This document shows, one piece after another, positions 1 through 10,082 of a stretch of 64,000 nt of DNA; positions within the stretch are counted from its first letter, which is position 1, and the number at the start of each line of letters is the position of its first letter. The notes below the pieces were generated by a model. The model was not told the origin of the DNA. It searched no databases and saw only the letters and a program-made list of their open reading frames with translations. This DNA is from Candidatus Moanibacter sp. (GTDB taxonomy: Bacteria; Verrucomicrobiota; Verrucomicrobiia; Opitutales; UBA2987): the NCBI GenBank assembly GCA_965215885.1, contig CBDCEW010000100.1:64001-128000 (forward strand). Reading direction: 5' to 3'. Position numbers and translations under genes: made by a program.

Positions 1-86
1 GTCCGACAGGCTCCCAGGCCGAATTCGACAGGTGCAGTTCTGCTTCCAGAAGACTGTTGGGAATGGAACTGTTTTGATGGATCATA

Positions 87-1115
87 TCATATCGTTGGCG
101 CAGCAATGCTGTCGTCCCAAGTGTAGTCTGTCTCACCTTCTTCGCAACGCTTTGCGGATGCCATCATGGTGGAAAGGTCGCCCTTAGGTTGGTATCCGAT
201 CATGGACTTCGCTTTACCGATCGCGTGATCGTAGATATTTCTGACCGGCAGCTTGATCTCGAGAGGTTCGATACCCCGGATCTCGCCGAGAAGTCTGGCA
301 CCGTCCACGAACGAGAAGGGTTCCGGGGCGCCTGCATTGAAGGCTTCACCCAGCACGGTGTCTGATTGGAGTGCGCATACGATGCAGTGTGCGATGTCCC
401 GGGCGTCGTTTGGCTGATACATCCACGGCCGACCTTCGAGATCCGTCACGGCGCAGGGCTGATCGGGGCTTTCAGAATTCTCTTCGACTTGATGCCAGAG
501 TTCGGTGCCGTCGGGCATGTAGAGTTCGGATCCGGGCCTTTGGCCTTTCTGCAAAAGGCCGATTACCCGTCCCACCGTGAATTGGCCGAACAGTTTCGTT
601 CCCGACAAGACGTGGCTCGGCCGCACAATGGAGTAGCGGAGCCCGGTCTCCCTCGATGCTCTCTCTGCCAACTGTTCCCCGAAGAATTTGGAGAGCGAGT
701 ATTCATTGTCCGGTCGCTTCGGGTGTAACTCATCGACGGGATGGTAGGCGCACGCAATATTCTCACCGTTATTCGGGTAAACGCCTGAGGAGGAGATGCA
801 GATGTATCGATCGAGTCGATCGGCGGCGTCGGCACACGCCCGCGTGACTTGGAGATTTATGCTCATGTTTGTTTCGAAATGGGGACCAACGAGGTTGGCT
901 GTATGGATGACGGCATCGACTCCCTCGAGGGCGGACTTTACAAAGTTTGGATCCGTCAGGTCTCCTTCGCACAGATCGACGTCTAGACCGGCGATCCGAT
1001 CTGCAACGGGGTCGTCGGGAAGAAGGGTGCCACGCACATCATGATTGCGGTCCAACAGCTGGCGCACGAGTCGGCATCCAACCTGGCCGGCGGCGCCCGT
1101 GACGAGAACCTTCAT
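87..1115 (-). CDS. NAD-dependent epimerase/dehydratase (extended SDR)
   Basis: N-terminal VLVTGAAGQVG Rossmann motif; YxxxK motif (YSLSK). Confidence 0.9.
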   Translation of the reverse strand: MKVLVTGAAGQVGCRLVRQLLDRNHDVRGTLLPDDPVADRIAGLDVDLCEGDLTDPNFVKSALEGVDAVIHTANLVGPHFETNMSINLQVTRACADAADRLDRYICISSSGVYPNNGENIACAYHPVDELHPKRPDNEYSLSKFFGEQLAERASRETGLRYSIVRPSHVLSGTKLFGQFTVGRVIGLLQKGQRPGSELYMPDGTELWHQVEENSESPDQPCAVTDLEGRPWMYQPNDARDIAHCIVCALQSDTVLGEAFNAGAPEPFSFVDGARLLGEIRGIEPLEIKLPVRNIYDHAIGKAKSMIGYQPKGDLSTMMASAKRCEEGETDYTWDDSIAAPTI

Positions 1116-1383
1116 GATTCGCTGATCCCATTCAACGCGTAGTCGAGATCCCTCGTCCTGAGCAGAAAGCTACAGGCTAACAGTCTATTCGTGTCCATGC
1201 ATTCAGCCTCTTGTCACGTTGTTTTTGGTATATGCTTCGCGAAAGAGCGACTGCCGTTTGAGCGGCATCTTATTGAATTGCTCGGGATGGGGACGTGAAA
1301 GGCTCCAGCGAGTATTGACGGAATTGTAAGTGTTGAATATTGCCATGCGATCGTATTAGGTGGGTGAAATTACAACCACGAAT

Positions 1384-1460
1384 TGATTCTGCTGAAAAAG
1401 TCGTCGTATCGGAATCCTATACCACGTTCTTGCGAACGCGGGGGTATTTCACCGGAATCA
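1384..1460. mobile_element. MITE-like element, internally deleted copy of 30125-30254 in opposite orientation
   Basis: Ends TGATTCTGCTGAAAAA and TTTCACCGGAATCA; reverse complement aligns to 30125-30254 minus its inner hairpin. Confidence 0.7.
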
Positions 1461-1471
1461 CGAATTCTAAC

Positions 1472-3019
1472 ATGACCTCTGATTATACATCAAAAGTTCC
1501 CTTTTACAAATTTCCAAATACCCTCGAGGAGCAGGAGGCGGCGCTTGCGACGAATCCCCTCATGCAGCGATTGATCGCCTCGCGCAAGACTTACGCCGAT
1601 GACCCGCTCCGGCCGATTTACCACTACGTCAACCCGGAGGCGATGCTCAATGACCCGAACGGCCTCTGCTTCTGGCAGGGACGCTGGCACCTCTTCTACC
1701 AGGCCTATCCGCCGGAAGACACGCGCCAGCACTGGGGGCACGCCGTCAGCGACGACCTCATCCACTGGAGGGATCTTCCCTACTGTATTTACCCGGATCC
1801 CGAGGATAAGTGTTTCTCCGGCGCCACGCTGGTTGAAGACGACCGTGTCATTGCTCACTATCACGGAACCGCGGTCGGAAACATGGTCGCAATTTCGAAT
1901 GATCCACTTCTTCTGAATTGGGACAAGGTGGCCGATAGAGCTGTCATCCCCCTCGCGATGCCGGACGGCGTTCACTGGCCGCCGCGCATATTCGACCCCT
2001 GCATCTGGAAAAAGGACGACGCCTACTACGCGCTCTCAGCCGGCACAAAGCCTGAGGGTCCGGCAGGCAAACCTATTCGGGCGAACTTTCTCCTCCGCTC
2101 GAAAGATCTCGAGCACTGGGAGTACCTGCATCCGTTCATCGAAGACGATCATTACACGATGGTCGGGGACGATGGCGCGTGCCCTTATTTCTGGCCCATC
2201 GGCCATAAGCACATGTTGCTGTTCTTCAGTCATCGAAGCGGGGGGCAATACCTGCTGGGAGACTATGACAAAGCGCGGGACAAGTTCGTCGTCACCTACG
2301 GTGCAAAATTCAATTTCGGCCCCTACGGCCCCGCCGGCGTGCACGCACCATCCGCAACACCCGACGGCGAGGACATTATCGTCATTTTCAATATGAACCC
2401 GGGTAAACCTACAGAAGGTTGGAATCAAATCATGACCCTTCCACGGAGGCTGAGCCTCTCAGGCGACGAACAGATTCTGATGGAACCGGCGGGCGACATC
2501 GAGTCCCTGCGCGGCGCCCACCACCGTATCGAGAACATGATGATTCCGGCGAATCAGGATACGGTTTTCGACCAAGTGGCAGGTAACGCGATTGAATTGA
2601 TTGCGGAGATAGATCCCAAGGGCGCATCGATGGTAGAACTCGATGTCCTCCGCTCCCCAGGACGCGAGGAGTTTACGCGAATCTCTTTTTACCGCGAACG
2701 CGGGTATCGGGATACGATCCGGCGGTCGGGTGCTGTTGCCAGCGCGATCACATTGGACAACTCATATTCATCGACCGCCGCCGACGTGCGGGCGCGCATC
2801 CCGGAAACGGCTCAGGTCCAACTCGAACAGGATGAACCGCTGCGCCTCCGCGTCTTTGTCGACCGGAGTGTCGTGGAGGTTTTTGCCAATGGCCGCCAGT
2901 GCGTTGCCGCTCGCGTCTACCCGGAACGGGAGGACAGCGTTGGCGTGTCCATGCGTTCGCAGGGGAGCGGTTGTGAATTGCGTTCGCTCGATGTCTGGCA
3001 GATGTCCGGGATATATTGA
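1472..3019 (+). CDS. Glycoside hydrolase family 32 (beta-fructofuranosidase-like)
   Basis: LNDPNG, WHLFYQ, HWGHAVS, FSG, FDP motifs and C-terminal DRSVVEVF; start moved to ATG 1472 because the longer ORF runs through a MITE. Confidence 0.88.
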   Translation: MTSDYTSKVPFYKFPNTLEEQEAALATNPLMQRLIASRKTYADDPLRPIYHYVNPEAMLNDPNGLCFWQGRWHLFYQAYPPEDTRQHWGHAVSDDLIHWRDLPYCIYPDPEDKCFSGATLVEDDRVIAHYHGTAVGNMVAISNDPLLLNWDKVADRAVIPLAMPDGVHWPPRIFDPCIWKKDDAYYALSAGTKPEGPAGKPIRANFLLRSKDLEHWEYLHPFIEDDHYTMVGDDGACPYFWPIGHKHMLLFFSHRSGGQYLLGDYDKARDKFVVTYGAKFNFGPYGPAGVHAPSATPDGEDIIVIFNMNPGKPTEGWNQIMTLPRRLSLSGDEQILMEPAGDIESLRGAHHRIENMMIPANQDTVFDQVAGNAIELIAEIDPKGASMVELDVLRSPGREEFTRISFYRERGYRDTIRRSGAVASAITLDNSYSSTAADVRARIPETAQVQLEQDEPLRLRVFVDRSVVEVFANGRQCVAARVYPEREDSVGVSMRSQGSGCELRSLDVWQMSGIY

Positions 3020-3161
3020 CGTGACAGGGAAGCCCAGTTCCGACCAGTGGCCGATCTCGCGAGGTTAGCAATATATATAGCCTGTCGCTTATTTTCTTGG
3101 AAGATTGAGGTTGTTTGGGATCTGAGAATTCGTTAGTCGGGTAGCTTCTCTATATTGAAAG

Positions 3162-3989
3162 ATGATCATTGACACGCACACGCATTTTTACGATCCGACT
3201 CGCGAGGGGGGGACGCCGTGGCCCGACCCGGAGGATGAAGTTCTCTATCAGCCGACGTATCCAGAACGGTGTAAGGCGCAAGCCGTGCCGCTCGGAGTAA
3301 CGGGCACCATCATGGTGGAGTGCAGCGAGTGGGTAGAAGACAACCAATGGGTTCTCGATCTGGCAAAGGAGGATCCGTTTATCCTTGGTATGGTGGGCAA
3401 TCTGGACCCGCACGAGGATCGGTTTGAGGAGCACCTCGATCGCTTCAGCCAGGATCCCGTTTTTCGCGGTATCCGCGCGCGTCTGTGGAAGCCTGATGAT
3501 ATCGGCGCCTTGCGTCTTCTCGCGGATCGCGACCTTTCCCTCGACCTCGGCCTTGACAAAGATACACCGAAGATCGCACGTGAGATTCCCGACCTGAGGA
3601 TCATCATCAACCATTCCGCCAGCCTTCCGATGGAGGGGGAGAAACCACCTGCGGATCTCGTTGCCCTGATGCGCGAAGCAGCATCCCACCCAAACGTATT
3701 CTGTAAGCTTTCCGGAATGATGGATCTGCGATGCAAGATTCGCCCGGCTCCCACCGATGTTTCCCATTACGCGCCCGTTCTGGACCTGCTATGGGACGCC
3801 TTTGGCGAGGATCGATTGATATTCGGTAGTGACTGGCCCGTATCCGACCACAGCGAGCGCACTTACGCCGAAGTGTTAAAATTGGCACAGGATTACGTTC
3901 GGCCCAAAGGGGAATCTGCGATGGAGAAGGTCTTCTGCGAAAATTCACGCAAAGCCTACAGATGGCAATGGCGCGGCGATGGGGAGTGA
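3162..3989 (+). CDS. Amidohydrolase family protein (L-fuconolactonase-like)
   Basis: IIDTHTH, NVFCKLSG, FGEDRLIFGSDWPV. Confidence 0.88.
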   Translation: MIIDTHTHFYDPTREGGTPWPDPEDEVLYQPTYPERCKAQAVPLGVTGTIMVECSEWVEDNQWVLDLAKEDPFILGMVGNLDPHEDRFEEHLDRFSQDPVFRGIRARLWKPDDIGALRLLADRDLSLDLGLDKDTPKIAREIPDLRIIINHSASLPMEGEKPPADLVALMREAASHPNVFCKLSGMMDLRCKIRPAPTDVSHYAPVLDLLWDAFGEDRLIFGSDWPVSDHSERTYAEVLKLAQDYVRPKGESAMEKVFCENSRKAYRWQWRGDGE

Positions 3990-4019
3990 GAGTTAATGAA
4001 AATGCACATTCATGCACTC

Positions 4020-4190
4020 TTTCCCCTGGTCGTTTCTGGCCGAATCCCTATCCGACAACAACCGATACGCGGGGTGTATTTCACAGCTTTCAAATAGCGG
4101 ATGTGGAATTCCTCTTGCTCGACGACTCTTATCACCGCGATCCGAATCTTGCGGAGGACCGTGCCACCATGCTGGGAGCCGTCTTCGAAC
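4020..4190 (+). pseudogene. PhoD-like alkaline phosphatase fragment
   Basis: FWPNP...DVEFLLLDDSYHRDPN...TMLG resembles an internal PhoD segment; no start or end. Confidence 0.5.
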
Positions 4191-4246
4191 GAGATTCGCC
4201 GCGCCGGGCTGGCCCGGACTACCGCCATCGACAGAGAACAATATTG

Positions 4247-5407
4247 TTACACGCAGTCCTGGTGCGGCAACATCAGGGGTAGGGGACACCAGGCCTCGAG
4301 AACTCGAGCTTCGTCCCGCAGCGGCAGAATCTGGGAGGGCACCAACGGTCCGAACAGTAGTCGCATCGCGACGTCTGGGTCGCAGACTAGATGGAGATCC
4401 GCAGGTTCATGGACTTTGCGACAACCGGCATTTTCCCTGTCAACGCTCAATTCCATCGCTCCCCATCCATTGATCGCGATTGTCACCGAGCCATCGGGGA
4501 GGGATTTCGACTGGTGCCTGAGCCGCATAAGCGCTTCGACGACAGCATCCCATTCAAAGACCCGCCAGTTGCGGGCCTGGCAAATTTCCATTCGTTCACT
4601 ATTCTCGGCAAGTTCCCGAAGAAGCGCGTCCGGGACGGGGCTTATTCTGATTCTCAGATTTTTATCGGTGCAAGATTTCTCCACCCAAGCCCGCACCATA
4701 CGGACACCAAGACCGGTCGATTCGGCGACGAGTTCCGACACATAGTTACCCGGCTCGTCGGCGACCAGATAGCCGACCAGTTCGTCGCTCCTGTCAAAAG
4801 CCGCCCAAGGACGGAAATTCCAAGACTCGCAGAAGCGGCAAAAATCCTCGAGGGGCCGGTCACAGCGAATGGATTTTGCATCGTGGATCGTCTTGGCCTT
4901 TTGAACGGATTCGAAATCCTTTTCGTCAAGGGGACGAAATATGACAGCAGGATCATCGGTGTAACAATGCCGAATATTCGCCGGACTTATGGTAAAGGTA
5001 AGTGCGTTGCCGCAGACCTCGTAGCCGAAGTAACGGTATCGCTGCCTCTGGCCCCCAAGGTAGGAGAGGTGATATCCTGCACCCTGAATTACATCGAGGC
5101 AATGATGCATGAGGTGCTTCATGAGACCCTCGTTGCGGCATTTCGGGTGGGTGGAGACGCCTCCGATTCCTGCCACTCGAAGCACCCTGTCTCCGACGTG
5201 CAAGGTGATGGGAAAGAGACCAACGATAGCCACAATTTCGCCGTTCCGTTTGACGGCATAGTTGCAGGCCATGTGTTTATCCGTCCGGCGGTAGATAGAC
5301 GGTATTAACCTCTCCATGTCATGCGGTCCATGTTCGCCAAAGACGAGGTTGAGGAAATCCATCGCCTCCTCGAAGTCGTCGGCCCGAAGCTGTACGATCT
5401 CGTCCAA
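4247..5407 (-). CDS. GNAT N-acetyltransferase, Eis-like
   Basis: AGIGGVSTHPKCRNEGLM motif A; YRYFGYE; SCP2-like C-terminus. Confidence 0.82.
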   Translation of the reverse strand: MDEIVQLRADDFEEAMDFLNLVFGEHGPHDMERLIPSIYRRTDKHMACNYAVKRNGEIVAIVGLFPITLHVGDRVLRVAGIGGVSTHPKCRNEGLMKHLMHHCLDVIQGAGYHLSYLGGQRQRYRYFGYEVCGNALTFTISPANIRHCYTDDPAVIFRPLDEKDFESVQKAKTIHDAKSIRCDRPLEDFCRFCESWNFRPWAAFDRSDELVGYLVADEPGNYVSELVAESTGLGVRMVRAWVEKSCTDKNLRIRISPVPDALLRELAENSERMEICQARNWRVFEWDAVVEALMRLRHQSKSLPDGSVTIAINGWGAMELSVDRENAGCRKVHEPADLHLVCDPDVAMRLLFGPLVPSQILPLRDEARVLEAWCPLPLMLPHQDCV

Positions 5408-5411
5408 TAGG

Positions 5412-6254
5412 TCAGCTTACGAGTTCCGGACCGGGAACGCGATTCAGCTCCATCGGTTCGGTATCGCCGTTGTAGACCGCCTGAAGGGGAAGAAGACGAT
5501 TGCGCGCTTGTTCCGGCCAGTCGTTCGGAACCCGGGAGATGGCAAGATGGGCTCGCATGCTGTCGGGCAAGTCGTAAAAGAGTGGGTGGTACCAGAGTGT
5601 AATGACGGTGCGCCGGTCATCGCTCCTGTTGGCGTAGGCACTATGGAGGATGCGGGCGTCGCCGATGACGAGATCCCCTGCTTTCACTGCAATATCGATC
5701 TCGCCCCCGGCGCGTTGAAAGGCGGGATGATCGGGGTCGGATGCGCGTTGCAGATCCTCAGTATGAGCCATGGGCACGGCGTCGTGCATGATGTGCCGCT
5801 TGAGATGGCTGCCCGGAATAAGGCGGAGGCATCCGTTACTCGGTGTCGTATCGACCAGATAGTACATAAGAAACACCTGCTGGGGCAGGGGCTTATAACT
5901 GACCGGATCGTTCCATCCAAACCAGTCCTGGTGCCAGAAGAGCGGCGGACTGTGGGGAGGTTTGCTGATAATGTAGCCGCTGTAAAATGTGGCGCGATCG
6001 AAACCTAAGGATTTCAGGGCTACGAGAGCGGCAGGCCAGGTGATAAGGTCGACGAAGAACGGGTCTTCAAATACAGTGGCGAGGCTGCCCGTCGATTTCT
6101 GTTTCTCGAAATGCTCGGGGTCTTGAGTATCGAGGACGTGGTTGGAGGTGTCCCCGACCCGACGGACCATTTCCGCGTCGAGGACCTTTTCGAAGACGCA
6201 GAAACCGTCTTCGATGAGTTGGGTGTACTTCTGCTTGCCGAGATCGATTTTCAT
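5412..6254 (-). CDS. Phytanoyl-CoA dioxygenase (PhyH) family, canonical HxD
   Basis: FWHQD, NGCLRLIPGSH, LHSAYANRSDDRR. Confidence 0.9.
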   Translation of the reverse strand: MKIDLGKQKYTQLIEDGFCVFEKVLDAEMVRRVGDTSNHVLDTQDPEHFEKQKSTGSLATVFEDPFFVDLITWPAALVALKSLGFDRATFYSGYIISKPPHSPPLFWHQDWFGWNDPVSYKPLPQQVFLMYYLVDTTPSNGCLRLIPGSHLKRHIMHDAVPMAHTEDLQRASDPDHPAFQRAGGEIDIAVKAGDLVIGDARILHSAYANRSDDRRTVITLWYHPLFYDLPDSMRAHLAISRVPNDWPEQARNRLLPLQAVYNGDTEPMELNRVPGPELVS

Positions 6255-6313
6255 GGATTGTTCTGAAAGAGAAATTCTCCCCACGGATTCGAGCCTTCTT
6301 CTCCCGCTTGGCG

Positions 6314-7919
6314 CATACGCGTAAACCTTATTTTCGCAACTTAGTCAGATTCAAAGACTTGCGAGGTATTTTGCGGCGGAGTATGAGGGTGTCTCTATCC
6401 TCGAGGTTCCACTCCATTTGTTCGCCCTTTTCTATTTGCTTCGTTTCGACCACAGCGGTGAGGAAATTCGCAGTTGAGCGAGTGCATTTTGGCCGGGTTA
6501 TCTTCTCTACTTTTACCGTCTACCCCATTTTTTTTCACTTTGGCAGCATTTTATACTGTACATTCGTTCATATATAGGATTTATCCTTCGGATGCAAAGT
6601 ATAAAAAAAGCTGATTGTATCCGTCAAACCTTCCGTAAGTTGAACCTCACAGCCCTCGCTAAACAGAGTGGTTTTAGAGAGAGGAAATCGCGCAAGATCT
6701 CCCCTCTGAACTTTGTTTTGGCTTTGCTGGCGATGGCTTCTAAGGGGGCCTTGTCCCTTGGCAAAGAAGCCGAGCTTATTGGATTCTTAGCCAACCGCAC
6801 CATTTCCAGACAAGCGGTCCAAAAGTGCGCCAAAAAAGCCACCGCTTTTATGACCTTAGTGCTCCTGAGGCTTTTAGAACTTAAAGCTTATGGGCCTGTG
6901 GGCAGAGCTGTTCCAAATTGCATGAGGAGCTTTGAACGGGTTCTCATTGCCGACAGCACTTCGATTGGCTTGCCTAAGGTCCTGGCCCCCTTCTTCCCCG
7001 GAGCGTCCAATCAGACAGGCTCCAAACAGGCTCAACTGAAGATTCAGGCCTATTACGATCTGCGCAATGAATCCTTCGTTGACTTCAGCCTCAGTAGCTT
7101 CCGAAAAAACGATCAGGCTGCTTCCAAAGACATTCTCGCTCTCGCTCAACCCAACGACTTGATCCTGCGCGACTTAGGCTATTTTGTCCTCGATGTCTTT
7201 AAGCAACTCGATCAGCGCGGCTGCTTCTTTGTGAGTCGTTTGAAAACCGGCACTTGCCTTTTAGCCAACGAAGGCGATGAAGAGCTCGATCTACGCAAAC
7301 TTTTACGTGGCCAAAAGCTTCTCGATATGCCCGTTCGGGTGGGTAAAAAAGCCAAGCTTCCGGTTCGTCTGATCGCCGTCAAACTCCCTCAGAAGGTGGC
7401 CCATAAACGCCGCCGCGAGCATAGACAAAACCGCGACAATAGACTTCGATATACCAGCCGCACCAGCTTCCTTCTCGGTTTCCAAATCTTTATTACCAAC
7501 CTCCATCAGAAAGACTTTAGCCCTAAGCAGATTCTGAGCTTTTACGGGCTTCGCTGGCGCATCGAAATTTTCTTTAAGGCCTTTAAGCAACATCTTAATC
7601 TCGGTCAGGTCAAAGAGACTACTCCCTACCAGGTTGAGCTTCTTATCTACGCCCGTCTCATCCTCATTACCCACTTACTCAACTTCGTCTATGGTCCCCT
7701 TAGACACTATTCGAATACCAGTTTGTCCTCTCCTCTGAGTATCCTTAAATTCTCCTACTGGTTTGGCTTCTTTGCTCCCTACTTCTTCATCCTCTCTCAC
7801 CTTCCCAAAGATCAGATCATCCCCCGATGGCTCAAACAAATCCCCAAACACTGCACCTATGAAAAGCGTTCTCGTCTTGATTTCCTCTCTTGTTTCTTCT
7901 CCTTAGGTTAACGCAAATG
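6314..7919 (+). mobile_element. IS4-family insertion sequence
   Basis: Imperfect IRs CATACGCGTAAACCT and AGGTTAACGCAAATG; lower GC than flanks; contains a DDE transposase. Confidence 0.8.
6592..7911 (+). CDS. IS4-family DDE transposase
   Basis: IADST, LRDLGYF and YGLRWRIEIFFK (YREK motif). Confidence 0.92.
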   Translation: MQSIKKADCIRQTFRKLNLTALAKQSGFRERKSRKISPLNFVLALLAMASKGALSLGKEAELIGFLANRTISRQAVQKCAKKATAFMTLVLLRLLELKAYGPVGRAVPNCMRSFERVLIADSTSIGLPKVLAPFFPGASNQTGSKQAQLKIQAYYDLRNESFVDFSLSSFRKNDQAASKDILALAQPNDLILRDLGYFVLDVFKQLDQRGCFFVSRLKTGTCLLANEGDEELDLRKLLRGQKLLDMPVRVGKKAKLPVRLIAVKLPQKVAHKRRREHRQNRDNRLRYTSRTSFLLGFQIFITNLHQKDFSPKQILSFYGLRWRIEIFFKAFKQHLNLGQVKETTPYQVELLIYARLILITHLLNFVYGPLRHYSNTSLSSPLSILKFSYWFGFFAPYFFILSHLPKDQIIPRWLKQIPKHCTYEKRSRLDFLSCFFSLG

Positions 7920-8192
7920 CGCGCAGCGGGACGCGCCGAGCCAGGGAAAACCGCGGATTGATATGCGAAATGTGAGAGAATCCCAATGGATTCGAGAAGA
8001 CAACGGGTTTTTTCGCAGAATAGGACGGCCGCCGGTCAGGCTGTGTGCAACCCGGTTCGGCATATCGAATGTAGGATTTCGCTTTGGAAAGATTCAAGCT
8101 TTACTGGCTGTCCGAGCTCTATCCCGCGCAGGCGGGGTCCTACATATCTGATGAATGTTGTTGTTGGATTTTTCGATATCTCGATGAAAAAT

Positions 8193-9548
8193 TCAAAAGT
8201 AGCTTTTGCGGTTGTAGACACCCGATCGATGCACGTATGGCTTTTCTGCACCATCGGAGTCCGGTTGGGTAAAGATGTAGATCGCCTCCCCGTGATAAGG
8301 TTGGTAGAGTACGGTCTCCTCACGGTCGTCTCCGCAGAGGTCGGCGGCGATGGCCTGGACTGCGAGTTGCTGCTTGCTGGTTCCGGCATGGAGGAATTGC
8401 GCAACATCTTTGTCTTGCCCACCAAGGTCCTGCAGGCAGCGACCCCGGCCGTCGACAAGCATGCGGTCTACGGGAATCCAAAGCGCGTCGGCATCCTCCG
8501 CGCCCCAGCGGACTTTCACAGGCATATCGGGATATTTGCGGTGCCCGTTGTCGTCGACGATGCCGGCGTGATGTTCGAAGGTGGCCAAGGTTATTCCGTC
8601 CTCCGCATCGACGGTGGTGAATTTTCCGAAATGGCCGGACGTTTGCAGCACGAGTTCCGATCCGTGCCGATCGGGCAAAAAGTTTCCGGCCCAGACGGAC
8701 TGTCCGTGCGGGACTTCCTCCTTGCTCTTTTCCCAGATCGTGTCCCCGGCAGGGGTGAGGCAATAGGCGGGACCGTGAACACAGATACTTAATACAATGC
8801 GTCTGTCACCGGAAGGACTATCGAAGATTTCCACCATATCGGCGTGGGCGCCGAATTCGCGTTCGAAAACTGTCTCGCCTTCACCGTTTACGGCAAGCTC
8901 GCCGAATATGATCTCGTCCCGGCCGTCCCCGTCGATATCGCCGACAGAAGCATGATGGCCCATAGCGGTGGGTTTCCCTTTGACATGCCATATTGTGTTC
9001 AATTCCGCGTCGAAGGCCACCGCGTGAGTGGGTATCTGGTGGGAGGCTTCGTATTTCAGCACGAATGAGGGTGGGGAACTCACGCCATCGAAGTACGCGA
9101 TCAAGGTCATCGGCGAGGGGCGTGAGGGCGAGTAACCGTTTGGATGCCGGACTTGCCTATTGAATGGCGACGGAGTCTCCGCTCTAATCTCTCCAGTTGC
9201 ACCATCGAGCAGATAGAGGATTGGATCACCGTCGTTCCAGAATTCCGCGAGAACCTCGGTTCGGCCGTCTCCATCGATGTCGTAAGCTACGCAAAATCCG
9301 CGGCAGGGGTTGCCCATGTCCCGAAGAGTACCGGAGGCATGCTGGCTGACGGACGCGTCGCCGAATTCCCAGAGTTTCGCACCATCCAGATCGACCGCGA
9401 TGAGATGGAGGTGGGAGGAATACGGTCCGAGGTAGGAAAGGAGAAATTCAACCTCCCCGTCGTTGTCGATGTCCCCGAGGGTGACATAGGTCCCTTTGTA
9501 CTCGGCGATGTCGATGCGCTTCCAAAGTTTTGCCGCAGTATCAGGCAT
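8193..9548 (-). CDS. FG-GAP/beta-propeller protein, rhamnogalacturonan lyase-like
   Basis: Repeated GDIDNDGEVE, YDIDGDGRTE, GDIDGDGRDEI and ADLCGDDREE calcium-binding motifs. Confidence 0.65.
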   Translation of the reverse strand: MPDTAAKLWKRIDIAEYKGTYVTLGDIDNDGEVEFLLSYLGPYSSHLHLIAVDLDGAKLWEFGDASVSQHASGTLRDMGNPCRGFCVAYDIDGDGRTEVLAEFWNDGDPILYLLDGATGEIRAETPSPFNRQVRHPNGYSPSRPSPMTLIAYFDGVSSPPSFVLKYEASHQIPTHAVAFDAELNTIWHVKGKPTAMGHHASVGDIDGDGRDEIIFGELAVNGEGETVFEREFGAHADMVEIFDSPSGDRRIVLSICVHGPAYCLTPAGDTIWEKSKEEVPHGQSVWAGNFLPDRHGSELVLQTSGHFGKFTTVDAEDGITLATFEHHAGIVDDNGHRKYPDMPVKVRWGAEDADALWIPVDRMLVDGRGRCLQDLGGQDKDVAQFLHAGTSKQQLAVQAIAADLCGDDREETVLYQPYHGEAIYIFTQPDSDGAEKPYVHRSGVYNRKSYF

Positions 9549-9591
9549 TTTGTGTGTATACTCTTATGCTGTGTTGAAAAGCGAACCAGAA

Positions 9592-9773
9592 CTAGCCCGA
9601 ACATTTCAAAAACCTTCTGCTACGACCACGGATATCACTGCATCTCAAGGCCTTACCTTGCCCGGCGACCTCAGAGGGTCTCAACACACTGTCGCCCGCC
9701 GTGCTACGCAAAGGCTCTGATATGCAGCAATCTACGCGGTCTCGCTACGAAGTGTGTGAAATGTCCGGGCTAA
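9592..9773. mobile_element. MITE family A, copy 1 (182 bp)
   Basis: Terminal IR CTAGCCCGAACATTTCA / TGAAATGTCCGGGCTAA; colinear with 29430-29611. Confidence 0.8.
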
Positions 9774-9821
9774 CCGCGGAGAATGCGGAGAACGCCGGGA
9801 AATTCAAAAAGAATAGACTCT

Positions 9822-9910
9822 CGGATTCGAGCCGTCTTCTCTCTGCCGTATCCCGGCGCGCCGGGACGCCGAGCCAGGGAAAACCGCGGATTGATATGGG
9901 AGATATGAGA
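9822..9910. repeat. Intergenic repeat, intact copy of the element interrupted by IS4
   Basis: CGGATTCGAGCC matches 6284-6295; CGCCGAGCCAGGGAAAACCGCGGATTGATATG matches just after 7920. Confidence 0.75.
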
Positions 9911-10082
9911 GTGTCCGAGCGGATGCTGCGAATTTGCTGCAAGCTTTGACATGTTGAAATGCAGGAAACGTGAGAGAGATACCAAAGTCCGTTAAGGTTT
10001 GGAGGGTCGACTTTCTCGAACTCTTTGGTATCTTTCTTGACCCTGCCGAGTTCGTCATCTGACTGACCGGTTTTCCGGAACA

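Noticed and set aside
1175..1181. Possible cassette cores at 1175 (minus strand GTTAGCC) and 26185 (plus strand GTTAGGA)
   Set aside because: Isolated heptamers with no partner arm or matching inverse core; expected by chance
1340..1471. N-terminal extension of GH32; likewise 23527-23850 for PhyH and 61841-61891 for the glycoside hydrolase
   Set aside because: The extensions run through a MITE, a REP or a cassette boundary; downstream ATGs fit better
7986..8792. Long antisense ORFs (also 4391-5308, 35837-36814, 44142-44966)
   Set aside because: Shadow frames of well-supported genes in GC-rich DNA, with no motifs
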